A stretch of DNA of 64,000 nucleotides, from assembly GCA_964631145.1 (NCBI GenBank), contig CAZVXT010000001.1, positions 255,151 through 319,150 on the forward strand, written 5' to 3'. The position numbers were made by a program, and so were the translations under genes. This DNA is from an uncultured Candidatus Saccharibacteria bacterium. GTDB taxonomy: Bacteria; Patescibacteriota; Doudnabacteria; UBA920. Numbering within the stretch: position 1 is the first letter of the stretch; each line of letters opens with the position of its first letter. Positions 19,671 to 29,985 of this stretch are shown one piece after another. A model generated the notes under the pieces. It saw only the letters and a program-made list of their open reading frames with translations, was not told the DNA's origin and made no database searches.

Positions 19671-20025
19671 CATAAGTATTATTGTTGAAAATGATTTACA
19701 AGATTTTACAGCTAAATATTATCCTCATGGGTTTGATCAAACATGGAATTATTCACTATTTTCAGACATGGGAATGTATTTACAAGAATTAATTGATATT
19801 TATGATAATGAAAAAGCTCTGAAGGTAATATCATTTCTTAATGAAAGATATAAATTAAATGATATTACAAAAGATGATTATAACGCTATCGGAACAGAAA
19901 TCTTTGAACCTTTAAGCCAAGATGTAAAATACATAAAATACTTATTATCAAGCCTTAATGGTCTTGCAGTTCAAGACTTTAAAAAAGGGATCAACCAAGA
20001 TTTATTAGAAAATCTACCATCATAA
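19651..20025 (+). CDS. Putative immunity protein for the RHS toxin
   Basis: Small acidic 124-aa ORF overlapping the toxin 3' end by 20 nt, followed by a terminator. Confidence 0.7.
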   Translation: MDSSVSNISIIVENDLQDFTAKYYPHGFDQTWNYSLFSDMGMYLQELIDIYDNEKALKVISFLNERYKLNDITKDDYNAIGTEIFEPLSQDVKYIKYLLSSLNGLAVQDFKKGINQDLLENLPS

Positions 20026-20133
20026 CTATTAAGATTGACTTTTAAAAAATAAAACCTATAAACTAGGTTTTATTTTTTTACCCATCAGTATTGTCTAACC
20101 ATGATATAATAAAAATACAAATAAACCTTTAAA

Positions 20134-21693
20134 ATGGCATTTTTTACAAAAAAGAAAATAATCATTGGACTAATTTTGTTAGCAGCAATCGCTGGCGGTG
20201 CTTTTATTTTTACCAGAAGTAGTACTAACCCAGAAGATGTGGTGACAGAAAAATCAGAAATTAAAGACATAAAGCAAACGGTGTTAGCAACTGGTCAAGT
20301 TAGTAGTAGTACGGACTTGAAGCTTAGTTTTAAAGGCAGTGGGGTCGTAAGAAAAATCACAGTAAAAGTAGGTGATAAAGTTAAAGAAAATCAAATACTA
20401 GCAAATTTAGATCAACGCGATCAATTGGCTGCTTTAACTCAGGCGCGAGGTGTATTAGCTCAAGCGCAAGCTAATTATAAAAAAGTAGTAGACGGTGCTA
20501 GTTCCGAAGAAGTAGTTATTGCTCAAAAGAGCGTGGATGCTGCTACTGTGTCTTTAAACAACGCCAAGCGTAATTTATCAGATACTATAAGCCAGCAAGA
20601 ACAGTTGGTTAAAAATGCTCGCAAAGCCTTATATAACTCTACAATTTCTGCTACAGCTGGAGTAGGTACTAATTCTGTTTTAAATGTTTCTGGGGCTTAT
20701 AATGGTTCTGATGCCGGTACTTATTATGTTTCTATATATAACAGCGGGGGCGGCGTTCGTTACCAATATTCTGGTTTAGAGAGCGGATCTGATTATTTAG
20801 TTACTACAGGGCTTTTACAGCTCGGGACTAAGGGTTTGTATGTTAGCTTTCCAAGTTCTTACAATATTACAGATTCTTGGTCTTTAGAGATACCAAATAC
20901 AAAAGCGTCTACTTATGTTGCCAACTTAAATGCATATAATGCAGCTTTAGAATCACAGCGTAGTGCTATTTCTGCAGCAGAAAATGCTATTTCTACTGCT
21001 CAAGCATCGTTGGATACAGCAATTGCTCAATTAAATGCAAAAAAAGCATCAGCTCGACCTGCAGATGTTGCAGCTGCAACCGCCCAAATTACTTCAGCAC
21101 AGGGTCAGGTTTTGGCAGCAGAGGCGTCTTTAGAAAACACTGTAATCACAGCCCCAGCAGAAGGTACTATCACTACAATCGATATTAAAGTTGGGCAACA
21201 GTTTGCTCCAGGTCAATCCGCAATAGTATTACAAAATGTTGACAGCTTATTAGTGGAGGCAAATATCAGCGAGGCTAATATTGCAGAAGTAAAAGTTGGA
21301 CAATCTGTCAGCTTTACTTTTGATGCCCTCGGACCAGATAAAGAATTTACTGGGTCTGTTCAATTGATAGACCCGGCATCTACAGTTGTATCTGGCGTGG
21401 TAAATTATAAGGTTACTGCAAGTTTAGATAAACAAGAAGAAATCAAACCAGGTATGACTGCTAATATGATTGTGCTTACTAACCAAAAACAAAAAGTTTT
21501 GACTATCCCTCAAAGAGCTGTATTAAATAAAGATGGTAAAAAAATAGTCAGGGTGATAAATAATTCAAAAAAGAAAACTTTTGATGAAGTTGTTGTGCAA
21601 ACAGGTTTAGAGGCAGATGGTGGATTGATAGAAATTACTAACGGTTTGTCAGTTGGAACAGAAATAGTTACGTTTATTAAAACTAAAAAATAA
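20134..21693 (+). CDS. MacA-like efflux/ABC periplasmic adaptor (membrane fusion protein)
   Basis: TM anchor; VKVGDKVK…LA.LD, long coiled coil, ITAPAEG, ISEANIAEVKVGQ, KPGMTA motifs. Confidence 0.9.
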   Translation: MAFFTKKKIIIGLILLAAIAGGAFIFTRSSTNPEDVVTEKSEIKDIKQTVLATGQVSSSTDLKLSFKGSGVVRKITVKVGDKVKENQILANLDQRDQLAALTQARGVLAQAQANYKKVVDGASSEEVVIAQKSVDAATVSLNNAKRNLSDTISQQEQLVKNARKALYNSTISATAGVGTNSVLNVSGAYNGSDAGTYYVSIYNSGGGVRYQYSGLESGSDYLVTTGLLQLGTKGLYVSFPSSYNITDSWSLEIPNTKASTYVANLNAYNAALESQRSAISAAENAISTAQASLDTAIAQLNAKKASARPADVAAATAQITSAQGQVLAAEASLENTVITAPAEGTITTIDIKVGQQFAPGQSAIVLQNVDSLLVEANISEANIAEVKVGQSVSFTFDALGPDKEFTGSVQLIDPASTVVSGVVNYKVTASLDKQEEIKPGMTANMIVLTNQKQKVLTIPQRAVLNKDGKKIVRVINNSKKKTFDEVVVQTGLEADGGLIEITNGLSVGTEIVTFIKTKK

Positions 21694-21694
21694 A

Positions 21695-22411
21695 ATGTCT
21701 TTAATTACAGTTAAAGATTTAAAAAAAGATTATGAAAATGACGGTGTACTCACTCCTGTACTTAAAGGAGTGAGTTTTACCATTAATTCAGGCGAATTTG
21801 TCGCGATTATGGGACCATCTGGTAGTGGTAAGTCTACATTAATGCATATCCTAGGGTTTTTGGATAGGGCAACATCTGGGGTTTATCAATTTGAGGATGA
21901 AAATATTTTAGGTTTTGACGATGATCATTTGGCGCAAATTCGCAATCAAAGAGTTGGGTTTATTTTTCAGGCTTTTAATTTGTTACCCCGTACCTCTGTT
22001 TTAGATAACGTAAAGCTTCCTCTTTTGTATAGTGTCAAAAAGGATCATGATAAATTAGCAAAAGATGCGCTTAAATCTGTTGGATTAGAAGATAGAATGA
22101 ATTACATGAGTAATCAAATTTCTGGAGGACAAAAGCAGCGCGTTGCTATAGCTCGTGCTTTGGTAAACGATCCTGCTGTAATTTTTGCAGACGAGCCAAC
22201 TGGAAATTTGGATTCTAGATCCGGAAATACTGTAATGAAAATTTTGCAAGATTTGAACAAGCAAGGACGTACAATTATTTTGGTAACTCATGAACAAGAA
22301 ACTGCTCAACACGCAACTCGCATTATGAAGTTGCGTGATGGTTTGTTAGTAGAAGATTATCCTGTCAAAAAACGTATTTTTGCTAAGGAATATGGCGATT
22401 TAGAAAAATAA
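21695..22411 (+). CDS. MacB/LolD-type ABC transporter ATP-binding protein
   Basis: [34 protein letters not shown]. Confidence 0.95.
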   Translation: MSLITVKDLKKDYENDGVLTPVLKGVSFTINSGEFVAIMGPSGSGKSTLMHILGFLDRATSGVYQFEDENILGFDDDHLAQIRNQRVGFIFQAFNLLPRTSVLDNVKLPLLYSVKKDHDKLAKDALKSVGLEDRMNYMSNQISGGQKQRVAIARALVNDPAVIFADEPTGNLDSRSGNTVMKILQDLNKQGRTIILVTHEQETAQHATRIMKLRDGLLVEDYPVKKRIFAKEYGDLEK

Positions 22412-22412
22412 T

Positions 22413-23651
22413 ATGAAGTTATATACGGAGCTAAAAATGGTTATTTCTGGTTTACTTGCCCGTAAAGGCAGGTCTTTTTTAACTATTTTGGGTATTGTCA
22501 TTGGTGTTGCAGGGGTAATTATAATTATTTCTTTAGGTGCTGGTGCGCAAAGTTTGGTTTTATCTCAAATTAATAAATTGGGGACTAATTTGATTGGAGT
22601 ATTACCGGGAAAGTCCAACGAGAACGGTCCACCAGCTGCTGTTTTTGGTATTCAGATTACTACTCTTACAGAAGCCGATGCCGAAAGCATGCGAGATAAA
22701 TCTCGCTTTCCAAATTTGGTTGCAGTAACTTCTGGTGCGCGTGGTAGTGGCAGTGTTTCGTGGCGAGATGTTACTGTTGATACTCAGTTTACTGGTACAG
22801 ATGCATTTTACCCGGAAGTTCAAAATGTAGAACTAGAAATTGGGAGATTTTTTGATGAACGTGAATCACTGGGAAGTAATGTTATAGTTTTAGGTCATGA
22901 TGTCTATACTCAGTTATTTGAAAACCAAGAAGCTCTTGGTCAGATAGTAAAAATTAAAAATGTACCGTTTGAAGTTATCGGTGTAGTCAAAAAACAAGGT
23001 ACCGTTGCTTTTCAAAATCAAGACGATCAAGTTTATATTCCTTTGTCTATTGCTCAGCAGCAATTACTAGGTATTAAGCATTTGCAATTTATAAGAGCTA
23101 AGGCAGATTCTGCCCAAAACGTTCCTGTGCTAATTGAAGAAATGAGGCAATTATTAAGAGAAAGGCATAATATTCGTTCGGCAGATGATGAAGATTTTTC
23201 TGTTAGAGATTTAGCTGATGCCATACGTTTACTCACCACGATTACTGATGCACTCAGATTATTTTTGGTAGCAATGGCTGCTATTGCTTTGTTGGTAGGT
23301 GGTATCGGTATTATGAATGTTATGTTGGTCACTGTTGCCGAGAGAACTAGAGAAATAGGTTTGCGCAAAGCTATTGGTGCTACTAGCAATGCTATACGCA
23401 ATCAATTTTTACTAGAGGCGATTACCGTAACACTGCTTGGTGGTGTTGCTGGGGTAATAATGGGATCTATAATTTCATACTTAATTGCTTTGGGTGCTAG
23501 GTATGCTGGCTACGAATGGGATTTTGTTATCTCACTATTTTCTATAGGTATTGCTCTGGGGGTATCTGTGCTTACAGGTGTGATTTTTGGATTGTACCCA
23601 GCATTTAAAGCAAGTAAACTCGATCCTATCGAGGCATTGAGGTACGAATAA
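22413..23651 (+). CDS. MacB-type ABC transporter permease
   Basis: RSFLTILGIVIGV, VGGIGIMNVMLVTVAERTREIGLRKAIGA, LDPIEALRYE. Confidence 0.95.
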   Translation: MKLYTELKMVISGLLARKGRSFLTILGIVIGVAGVIIIISLGAGAQSLVLSQINKLGTNLIGVLPGKSNENGPPAAVFGIQITTLTEADAESMRDKSRFPNLVAVTSGARGSGSVSWRDVTVDTQFTGTDAFYPEVQNVELEIGRFFDERESLGSNVIVLGHDVYTQLFENQEALGQIVKIKNVPFEVIGVVKKQGTVAFQNQDDQVYIPLSIAQQQLLGIKHLQFIRAKADSAQNVPVLIEEMRQLLRERHNIRSADDEDFSVRDLADAIRLLTTITDALRLFLVAMAAIALLVGGIGIMNVMLVTVAERTREIGLRKAIGATSNAIRNQFLLEAITVTLLGGVAGVIMGSIISYLIALGARYAGYEWDFVISLFSIGIALGVSVLTGVIFGLYPAFKASKLDPIEALRYE

Positions 23652-24907
23652 TGTTAAATATAATAAAACAGGCAATAGCTGGGCTGCTCCGAAACCCAGC
23701 AAGAACTATATTAACAACATTGGGCATTGTTATTGGTATTGCTACAGTTATTGTTGTATTATCAGCAGGGCAAGGTTTTAATGCATTTATTAATCAGCAG
23801 ATACAAGCATACGGAACTAACAGTTTGACAGTTGAAACTCGAGTTCCTCCAACCACAAAACAACGCAATGGAGGATTTGACGCAACTAATGGTAGTGCTG
23901 CTAATCAGGCAATCGCAATAACCTCTTTAAAAAATCGAGATGTGGAAGATATAAAGAAATTGCCAAATGTTTCTGGGGTTTATGGCTCGGTAATTGGGCA
24001 AAAAGTTGTGTCTTATAAAAATACATCAAAAACCACCAACTTTTTTGGTGCCGATCCATCTAGATTTGAAATAGATTCTGGGATAATTGGAGTGGGTAGA
24101 GGATATACTGATACCGAAAATTTTGGCGCGAGCCAGGTAGCTGTATTGGGCTATAACGTAGCTAGAGATTTATTTGGTAATGATGATCCGCTTGGAAAAA
24201 CTATTCGTTTGGGAGAATATAATTTTGTAGTGATCGGGGTTTATGAAAAACGAGGAGGGGTTGGGGGGTTTGGTGAAGATGATATGGTTTTTGTACCAAT
24301 TCAGACAGCTCAAAAAAAGCTCTTAGGTATTGATTATTTATTCTTTGTAGTTGCTCAAGTTTATGATAATACTAAGGCAGAAGTAACGGCCGAAGATATA
24401 AGGTATGTTTTAAGAAGCAATCATAATATCACGGATTCTTTTAAAGATGATTTTGTAGTAAATACCCAAGCAGGAAATTTGGATACCTTTAATACTATTC
24501 TTGCAGGGCTAACTTTTTTGCTCATAGCAGTTGCTGGCATATCTTTGGTTGTAGGCGGGGTAGGGATCATGAATATTATGTACGTTGTTGTCACAGAACG
24601 CATTAGCGAGATAGGTTTAAAAAAAGCATTAGGGGCAAAAAATTCTGACATACTTAAAGAATTTCTTGCAGAATCTGTACTTTTAACTAGCGTTGGTGGG
24701 ATTATGGGAGTGGCTTTAGGGGCAGCTATTTCATTTATTATTTATATTGTTGCAAATAGTTTTGGATTTGCTTGGGCTTTTATTGTTCCTTTAAGTTCAA
24801 TTATTTTGGGCGTGGGCACAGCTTCTTTTATTGGTTTGGTTTTTGGAGTTTTTCCTGCTAGAAAAGCAAGTAAACTAGATCCAATAGTAGCTTTGGGGCA
24901 TGAATAA
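23651..24907 (+). CDS. MacB-type ABC transporter permease (second paralog)
   Basis: RTILTTLGIVIGI, VGGVGIMNIMYVVVTERISEIGLKKALGA, LDPIVAL. Confidence 0.95.
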   Translation: MLNIIKQAIAGLLRNPARTILTTLGIVIGIATVIVVLSAGQGFNAFINQQIQAYGTNSLTVETRVPPTTKQRNGGFDATNGSAANQAIAITSLKNRDVEDIKKLPNVSGVYGSVIGQKVVSYKNTSKTTNFFGADPSRFEIDSGIIGVGRGYTDTENFGASQVAVLGYNVARDLFGNDDPLGKTIRLGEYNFVVIGVYEKRGGVGGFGEDDMVFVPIQTAQKKLLGIDYLFFVVAQVYDNTKAEVTAEDIRYVLRSNHNITDSFKDDFVVNTQAGNLDTFNTILAGLTFLLIAVAGISLVVGGVGIMNIMYVVVTERISEIGLKKALGAKNSDILKEFLAESVLLTSVGGIMGVALGAAISFIIYIVANSFGFAWAFIVPLSSIILGVGTASFIGLVFGVFPARKASKLDPIVALGHE

Positions 24908-24981
24908 AATATTTTGAATATAGCCGTTAATGTATTATAATAAACTTACGTATTACAGATTGAAACAAAGATAAAAATTTC

Positions 24982-26724
24982 ATGATTACTGCGGATTTAA
25001 ACGCATTACTAAAGAAAAAACGCATTGTTTCTGATGCTAACTTAAAGGCATTTGAAGAAGAGTGGCACAAGGCAAAAACCCAGGTTTCTTGGGAAGATTT
25101 TTTAGTGGAGAAAAAAGCTTTAACAGAAGAACAGCTTTTAACAGTTAAGAGTGAGGAGTTTAGTGTAGAAACTGTAGATTTGAGAAATATTCAAATTCCT
25201 GAAGATGTTCTTAGTATGGTGCCAGAGCCAATTGCTCGTCGTCATAAAGTAATCAGTTTTGCTAAAGCCAAAAATGAATTGAGTTTGGCAATGGTTGATC
25301 CGACCGACCTTCAAACCAGGGAGTTTATGAAGAAGAAAGCTGGTATGGAGATTAAAGTTTTTTTAATTGGAAAAACTTCCTTAGACTTTGGGCTTTCTAA
25401 GTATCACAACAACTTAGAAGGTGAAATTAAGCACATGGTTCAGGAAGGGAAAAAGGATGATTTATCCGCAGATATTGATCCTGATGATGAGCTAAAGAAA
25501 ATGGCGGAAGAAATTCCTATTGTTCGAGTTGTAGATACTTTACTTGAGTATGCTGTTATTGAGCATGCTTCTGATATTCATATTGAGCCTCAAGAAACCT
25601 CTGTTTCAGTTAGGTATCGTATTGATGGTGTTTTGCATGATGCTATGACTTTGCCTAAAGCAATTCAAGCTGCATTAGTTGCCCGCATAAAAGTATTGTC
25701 TAACCTTAAAATAGATGAACATAGACTTCCTCAAGATGGACGTTATAAAATCGCTAAAGATGGTTATAAGTTTAGCTTGCGTATTTCTACTATTCCAATT
25801 TTTGACGGAGAAAAAGTTGTTATCCGTTTATTAGATGAATCTAGTAAGGCACTCAGTTTAGAACAGTTAGGATTTTTGTCAGAGCAGCTTGAAGTGGTAA
25901 ACAGAAATATTCATAAACCTCACGGTATGATGCTTGTAACCGGACCAACTGGTAGTGGTAAATCAACTAGCTTGTATGCTATTTTAACAATTTTAAATAC
26001 TAAACAGGTTAATATTTCTACCATCGAAGATCCAGTAGAATACCGTATGCCTGGAGCAAACCAAATGCAGGTTAATCCAAAGATTGGTTTAACTTTTGCA
26101 TTAGGACTTAGAGCTCTGCTCCGTCAAGATCCTAATATCATTATGATCGGTGAAATCCGTGACCAAGAAACTGCAGAAGAAGCTATGCACGCTGCGATGA
26201 CTGGTCATATTGTATTATCAACATTGCACACTAACTCGGCAGCGGCTAGCCCGCCCCGTTTGATTGATATTGGTATCGAGCCGTATTTAATTGCATCAAC
26301 CGTTAATGCAATTATGGCGCAGCGTTTGGTTAGGCTTATCTGTAAAGATTGTAAGACAGAAAATCCGGTAAGTAAGGACGACGTTGCAACCCTAAAAAAG
26401 CAGTTTGATTTGGATAAATTAATGACTGTAATGCAGCGTTTAGGTGTTGCTGGTAAAGCTAAAACCTTTGAACAACTTCCATTTTTCATAGGTAAAGGTT
26501 GTGATAAATGTGGTAATTCTGGTTACAAAGGACGTATTGGTATTCACGAAATTTTAGAAAATACTCCAGAAGTTCAGGATCTTATTGTAAAGCGAGCAAC
26601 TAGTCAGGATATAGAAACTCAAGCTGAAAAACAAGACATGATAACTATGTGGGAAGATGGTTTTATTAAAGCAGTTCAAGGTTCTACTACAATAGAAGAA
26701 ATATTACGTGTGACTAAAGAATGA
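24982..26724 (+). CDS. pilB: Type IV pilus assembly ATPase PilB/GspE
   Basis: ASDIHIEP, RLPQDG, GPTGSGKST, LRQDPNIIMIGEIRD, TGHIVLSTLH, two CxxC. Confidence 0.95.
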   Translation: MITADLNALLKKKRIVSDANLKAFEEEWHKAKTQVSWEDFLVEKKALTEEQLLTVKSEEFSVETVDLRNIQIPEDVLSMVPEPIARRHKVISFAKAKNELSLAMVDPTDLQTREFMKKKAGMEIKVFLIGKTSLDFGLSKYHNNLEGEIKHMVQEGKKDDLSADIDPDDELKKMAEEIPIVRVVDTLLEYAVIEHASDIHIEPQETSVSVRYRIDGVLHDAMTLPKAIQAALVARIKVLSNLKIDEHRLPQDGRYKIAKDGYKFSLRISTIPIFDGEKVVIRLLDESSKALSLEQLGFLSEQLEVVNRNIHKPHGMMLVTGPTGSGKSTSLYAILTILNTKQVNISTIEDPVEYRMPGANQMQVNPKIGLTFALGLRALLRQDPNIIMIGEIRDQETAEEAMHAAMTGHIVLSTLHTNSAAASPPRLIDIGIEPYLIASTVNAIMAQRLVRLICKDCKTENPVSKDDVATLKKQFDLDKLMTVMQRLGVAGKAKTFEQLPFFIGKGCDKCGNSGYKGRIGIHEILENTPEVQDLIVKRATSQDIETQAEKQDMITMWEDGFIKAVQGSTTIEEILRVTKE

Positions 26725-27035
26725 TGGATAAAAAAGATAATTTATATTTATGGGTTGTTGTTTTAACCGCACTACTTTTAGTGGTATCTCTGGTTAGTTA
26801 TTTATTTAGTCTTACACCTCAGCAGGGTGCATATATCCCAGGCGGTCAATTACCTGGAGGGACTTGCGCATATACCGGTTGTTATCCTCGAGTCATCTAT
26901 GAGCATCCCATGCAAGTTATGCTTAGTTCTATGGGTGTATATTTGCCTTCCTTAGTTTTAGGGATTATGGGTTGCGCAGTAGTTTTTTTTGTACAACGGT
27001 TTATCAAAGAAATGGATATTGGTTTCTATTATTAG
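26721..27035 (+). CDS. Small two-TM membrane protein inside the pil operon
   Basis: ATGA overlap with the pilB stop; two hydrophobic helices flanking a loop containing CAYTGC. Confidence 0.6.
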   Translation: MMDKKDNLYLWVVVLTALLLVVSLVSYLFSLTPQQGAYIPGGQLPGGTCAYTGCYPRVIYEHPMQVMLSSMGVYLPSLVLGIMGCAVVFFVQRFIKEMDIGFYY

Positions 27036-27107
27036 TATGGAGTTGTGGACCGGCTTATTGGTTATAAAAATATTTATGACCTGGATTACTCCAAATTAAG
27101 AATTATT

Positions 27108-28322
27108 ATGGCAACATTTTCTTACACTGCAGTTTCTAAAGATGGTAAAACTGAAAATGGAACTTTAGAAGCTGCTAATTTAATGGCCGCAGGTCATTTA
27201 CTAAAAGAACAAGGTTTAATTCCGACTGATTTAAAAGAAAAATCAGAAAGTTTTAATTTGTTCGCGTTTTTGGGAAATATTGCTTCAATTCCGCTTAAAG
27301 AAAAGATTGCTTTTATCCAAAATTTACAACTACTTTTAAAGTCTGGGGTTTCGGCACCTCGTGCGATGCGTATTATTTCTAAGCAAACTTCCAATAAAAA
27401 ATTTCGTAGCATGTTATCTGATATGGCAGGAAGTGTGGAAGCGGGAAAGAGTTTGCACGAGGCAATGGGTTTGTATCCAAAAGTTTTTTCTCATATATTT
27501 TTAAGTATGGTAGAAGTTGGAGAATTGTCCGGTAATTTAGAGGATAGCTTAGAGCATTTACGTATTCAATTACAGCGTGAGGCAGACTTAAGATCCAAAA
27601 CTAAAGGTGCAATGATGTATCCAGGAGTAATTTTATCCGCTATGGTTATTATTGGTGTGGTGTTGGCGATTTTCGTTTTACCGAAATTAACTTCAACATT
27701 TAAGGAGTTTGGAGGAGAGCTACCATTTCTTACTCGTGTGGTTATTATGATTACTGATTTTATGTCCGGACATGCTGTACTGGTTATCGGTGGATTAATC
27801 GGACTAGTTATTTCTGTAATATTATTTTTACGAACCCCATCAGGAAAAGAAGCCTTGTCTCTTGTATTGCTTAATTTCCCTATGATTTCTCCTATTGTAA
27901 AAAAGATTAACATTGCTCGTTTTACTCGTATCCTTGGATCATTAATGAAGTCTGGTGTATCTGTGGTGCAAGGACTTCAGGTTACTAGCGAAGCAATGGA
28001 CAATGTTTTTTATAGAAGAGTTTTGTTAGAAACTGCAGAGCAAGTGAAATTAGGTAAACCTTTGACAGAATCACTAGCAAAAAGCGATAAACTTTTTCCA
28101 TTCATAGTTACACAGATGTTGGCGATAGGGGAAGAAACTGGAAGTATTGAAAGTATTTTGGATCAGATTGCGGAACATAACGAAATGGAAATTGATGATA
28201 CTATGAAAAACGTTTCATCTATCATAGAACCTTTATTGTTATTGGTTATTGGTGTAGTTGTTGGTTTTTTGGCGCTCGCGTTAATCATGCCGATTTATAA
28301 TATTAGCCAAAGCATATCTTAA
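27108..28322 (+). CDS. pilC: Type IV pilus platform protein PilC/GspF
   Basis: MATFSYTA…G.LEA, GELSGNLE, AMMYP, GEETG, IEPLL…ALIMPIY. Start moved to ATG 27108. Confidence 0.93.
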   Translation: MATFSYTAVSKDGKTENGTLEAANLMAAGHLLKEQGLIPTDLKEKSESFNLFAFLGNIASIPLKEKIAFIQNLQLLLKSGVSAPRAMRIISKQTSNKKFRSMLSDMAGSVEAGKSLHEAMGLYPKVFSHIFLSMVEVGELSGNLEDSLEHLRIQLQREADLRSKTKGAMMYPGVILSAMVIIGVVLAIFVLPKLTSTFKEFGGELPFLTRVVIMITDFMSGHAVLVIGGLIGLVISVILFLRTPSGKEALSLVLLNFPMISPIVKKINIARFTRILGSLMKSGVSVVQGLQVTSEAMDNVFYRRVLLETAEQVKLGKPLTESLAKSDKLFPFIVTQMLAIGEETGSIESILDQIAEHNEMEIDDTMKNVSSIIEPLLLLVIGVVVGFLALALIMPIYNISQSIS

Positions 28323-28365
28323 TAAATAAATTAGTTATTCATATTTGAGGTATAATTAAATTAGT

Positions 28366-29424
28366 ATGAACTTTAATATTTTTGAAAAGAAACATCATTA
28401 TATAGGGATTCATCTAAATAGCCATGCTTTAAAAGCATTGCAATTTAATATTACTTCCAAAAAGACAGAGGTTGCTGCATATACAAACTTATCGATGCCA
28501 AAAGGATTGGTTGTTAATGATGATTTTACTGATCATGAAGCTATCTCTGATCTGATTGTGAGGGCTTTGGATAAGCCTCAGTATGGCAAATTTAATACTA
28601 ATTCTGTTATATTATCTATTCCAGAAAGTAAGTCTTTTATCCGCGTTATAAAAATGCAAAATATGAAAGATTCCGAAATAGAAAATGCTATTTTATTTGA
28701 AGCAGAAAGTTATATACCATTGCCTATGGATCAGGTTTATTATGATTGGCAAGTATTAAATAGAAAAGCAGATGGTATAGAAGTTTTGCTGATTGCTTCA
28801 CCAAAAAGTTTTGTTGATAATTTTATTAGCGTAGTTGAAAAAGCTAACTTAGTTATTTCTGGAATAGAAACCGAGGCTCAAAGCGTGGTGAGGGCTTTAG
28901 TGCCACAAACAGTAACGGAGCCTATTTTAATAGCAGACATTGATGCTTTTAAAACCGCTTTAATTATTGTGCAAAATAGCGCTTTGCAATTTACTTCTTC
29001 TGTCCCAATTGCAGGAAATGTTTTTACTGAAAGATTTGCTAAAGCAATTGCCAAAACACCGTTGGAAGCAGAAAAATTAAAGCGCATGATCGGTTTATCT
29101 AATACAGTAGAGTACCCAAACATTAAAACTCAATTAGTACCTGTTGTAAGTGATTTTGCTGCAGAATTAAAAAATATTTTGAAATTTCATTATGATCATC
29201 ACGAAACTCATATTAACAGAGTTTTGCTTACTGGTGGAGGAGCAAAATTACAGAATATAGGCGAGATATTAGAACCTATGCTGTCTGATTATGCTCCAAT
29301 TAAAGTTACAGTAGCTAATCCTTTAGAGCATTTACCTCAATTTAAAGATGGTGGTCTTGATGCTTATGAGGCGTTAAGTTTTACCACCTCTATTGGACTT
29401 GCAATGTGGGAGATTAACCAATGA
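28366..29424 (+). CDS. pilM: Type IV pilus assembly protein PilM
   Basis: Actin-like fold motifs EAESYIP, VYYDWQV, LLTGGGAKL, ANPL, SIGLAM. Confidence 0.9.
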   Translation: MNFNIFEKKHHYIGIHLNSHALKALQFNITSKKTEVAAYTNLSMPKGLVVNDDFTDHEAISDLIVRALDKPQYGKFNTNSVILSIPESKSFIRVIKMQNMKDSEIENAILFEAESYIPLPMDQVYYDWQVLNRKADGIEVLLIASPKSFVDNFISVVEKANLVISGIETEAQSVVRALVPQTVTEPILIADIDAFKTALIIVQNSALQFTSSVPIAGNVFTERFAKAIAKTPLEAEKLKRMIGLSNTVEYPNIKTQLVPVVSDFAAELKNILKFHYDHHETHINRVLLTGGGAKLQNIGEILEPMLSDYAPIKVTVANPLEHLPQFKDGGLDAYEALSFTTSIGLAMWEINQ

Positions 29425-29984
29425 AGCGAATAAATTTACTACCAAAACAAAAACAAACTGAGTTGTATTTTGACAACCTTTTTCATAGTATTTTAGTCGC
29501 AATCTGTATTGCTGTAGCAGTTTTGCTTTTTGGTATTTTGATACAAATCGGCACCTGGCTTTATTTAGATCAGTCCTTAGGTCTTTTAAGTACAGAAATT
29601 GAAGGAGTGAAGTCTAGTAGTAATAAAACAGAAAATGCTGAATTAAAAAACCAGATTAAAAGTTTGAATGTTCAAATGAAAGATTTTGATGATTTGGCAG
29701 CTGGTACCCCTGTCTGGTCAACAGTGTTGCAATCATTTGCAAAACAAGTTCCTAATGGAGTTAAAATTAGCATGTTTGATGCAGACGCTACTAATGGAAA
29801 GATACAAATTTCTGGCTATGCTCCAAAACGTGATCAAGTAATAGAGCTTTATAATAACATAAATAACGACAGAGATTTTTTTAAGGATATAGATTATCCG
29901 TTAGAAAATGTTTCGCAGCCTACAGACATAATTTTCAAGTTTACTTTTTATGTCCAAGATGGAGTCTTAATAAAAAAGAAATAG
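29421..29984 (+). CDS. pilN: PilN-domain protein
   Basis: N-terminal INLLP motif, TM helix, coiled coil; follows pilM. Confidence 0.85.
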   Translation: MKRINLLPKQKQTELYFDNLFHSILVAICIAVAVLLFGILIQIGTWLYLDQSLGLLSTEIEGVKSSSNKTENAELKNQIKSLNVQMKDFDDLAAGTPVWSTVLQSFAKQVPNGVKISMFDADATNGKIQISGYAPKRDQVIELYNNINNDRDFFKDIDYPLENVSQPTDIIFKFTFYVQDGVLIKKK

Positions 29985-29985
29985 T

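Noticed and set aside
27045-27107. GTG start for pilC, and other extended starts in the ORF track (1036, 31800, 39206, 42082, 48146, 49441, 52315, 56187, 59501, 62008)
   Set aside because: Most extensions run through the promoter or the SD itself (MEE/MED starts are GGAGG read as codons); downstream ATGs fit family N-termini or signal spacing better.
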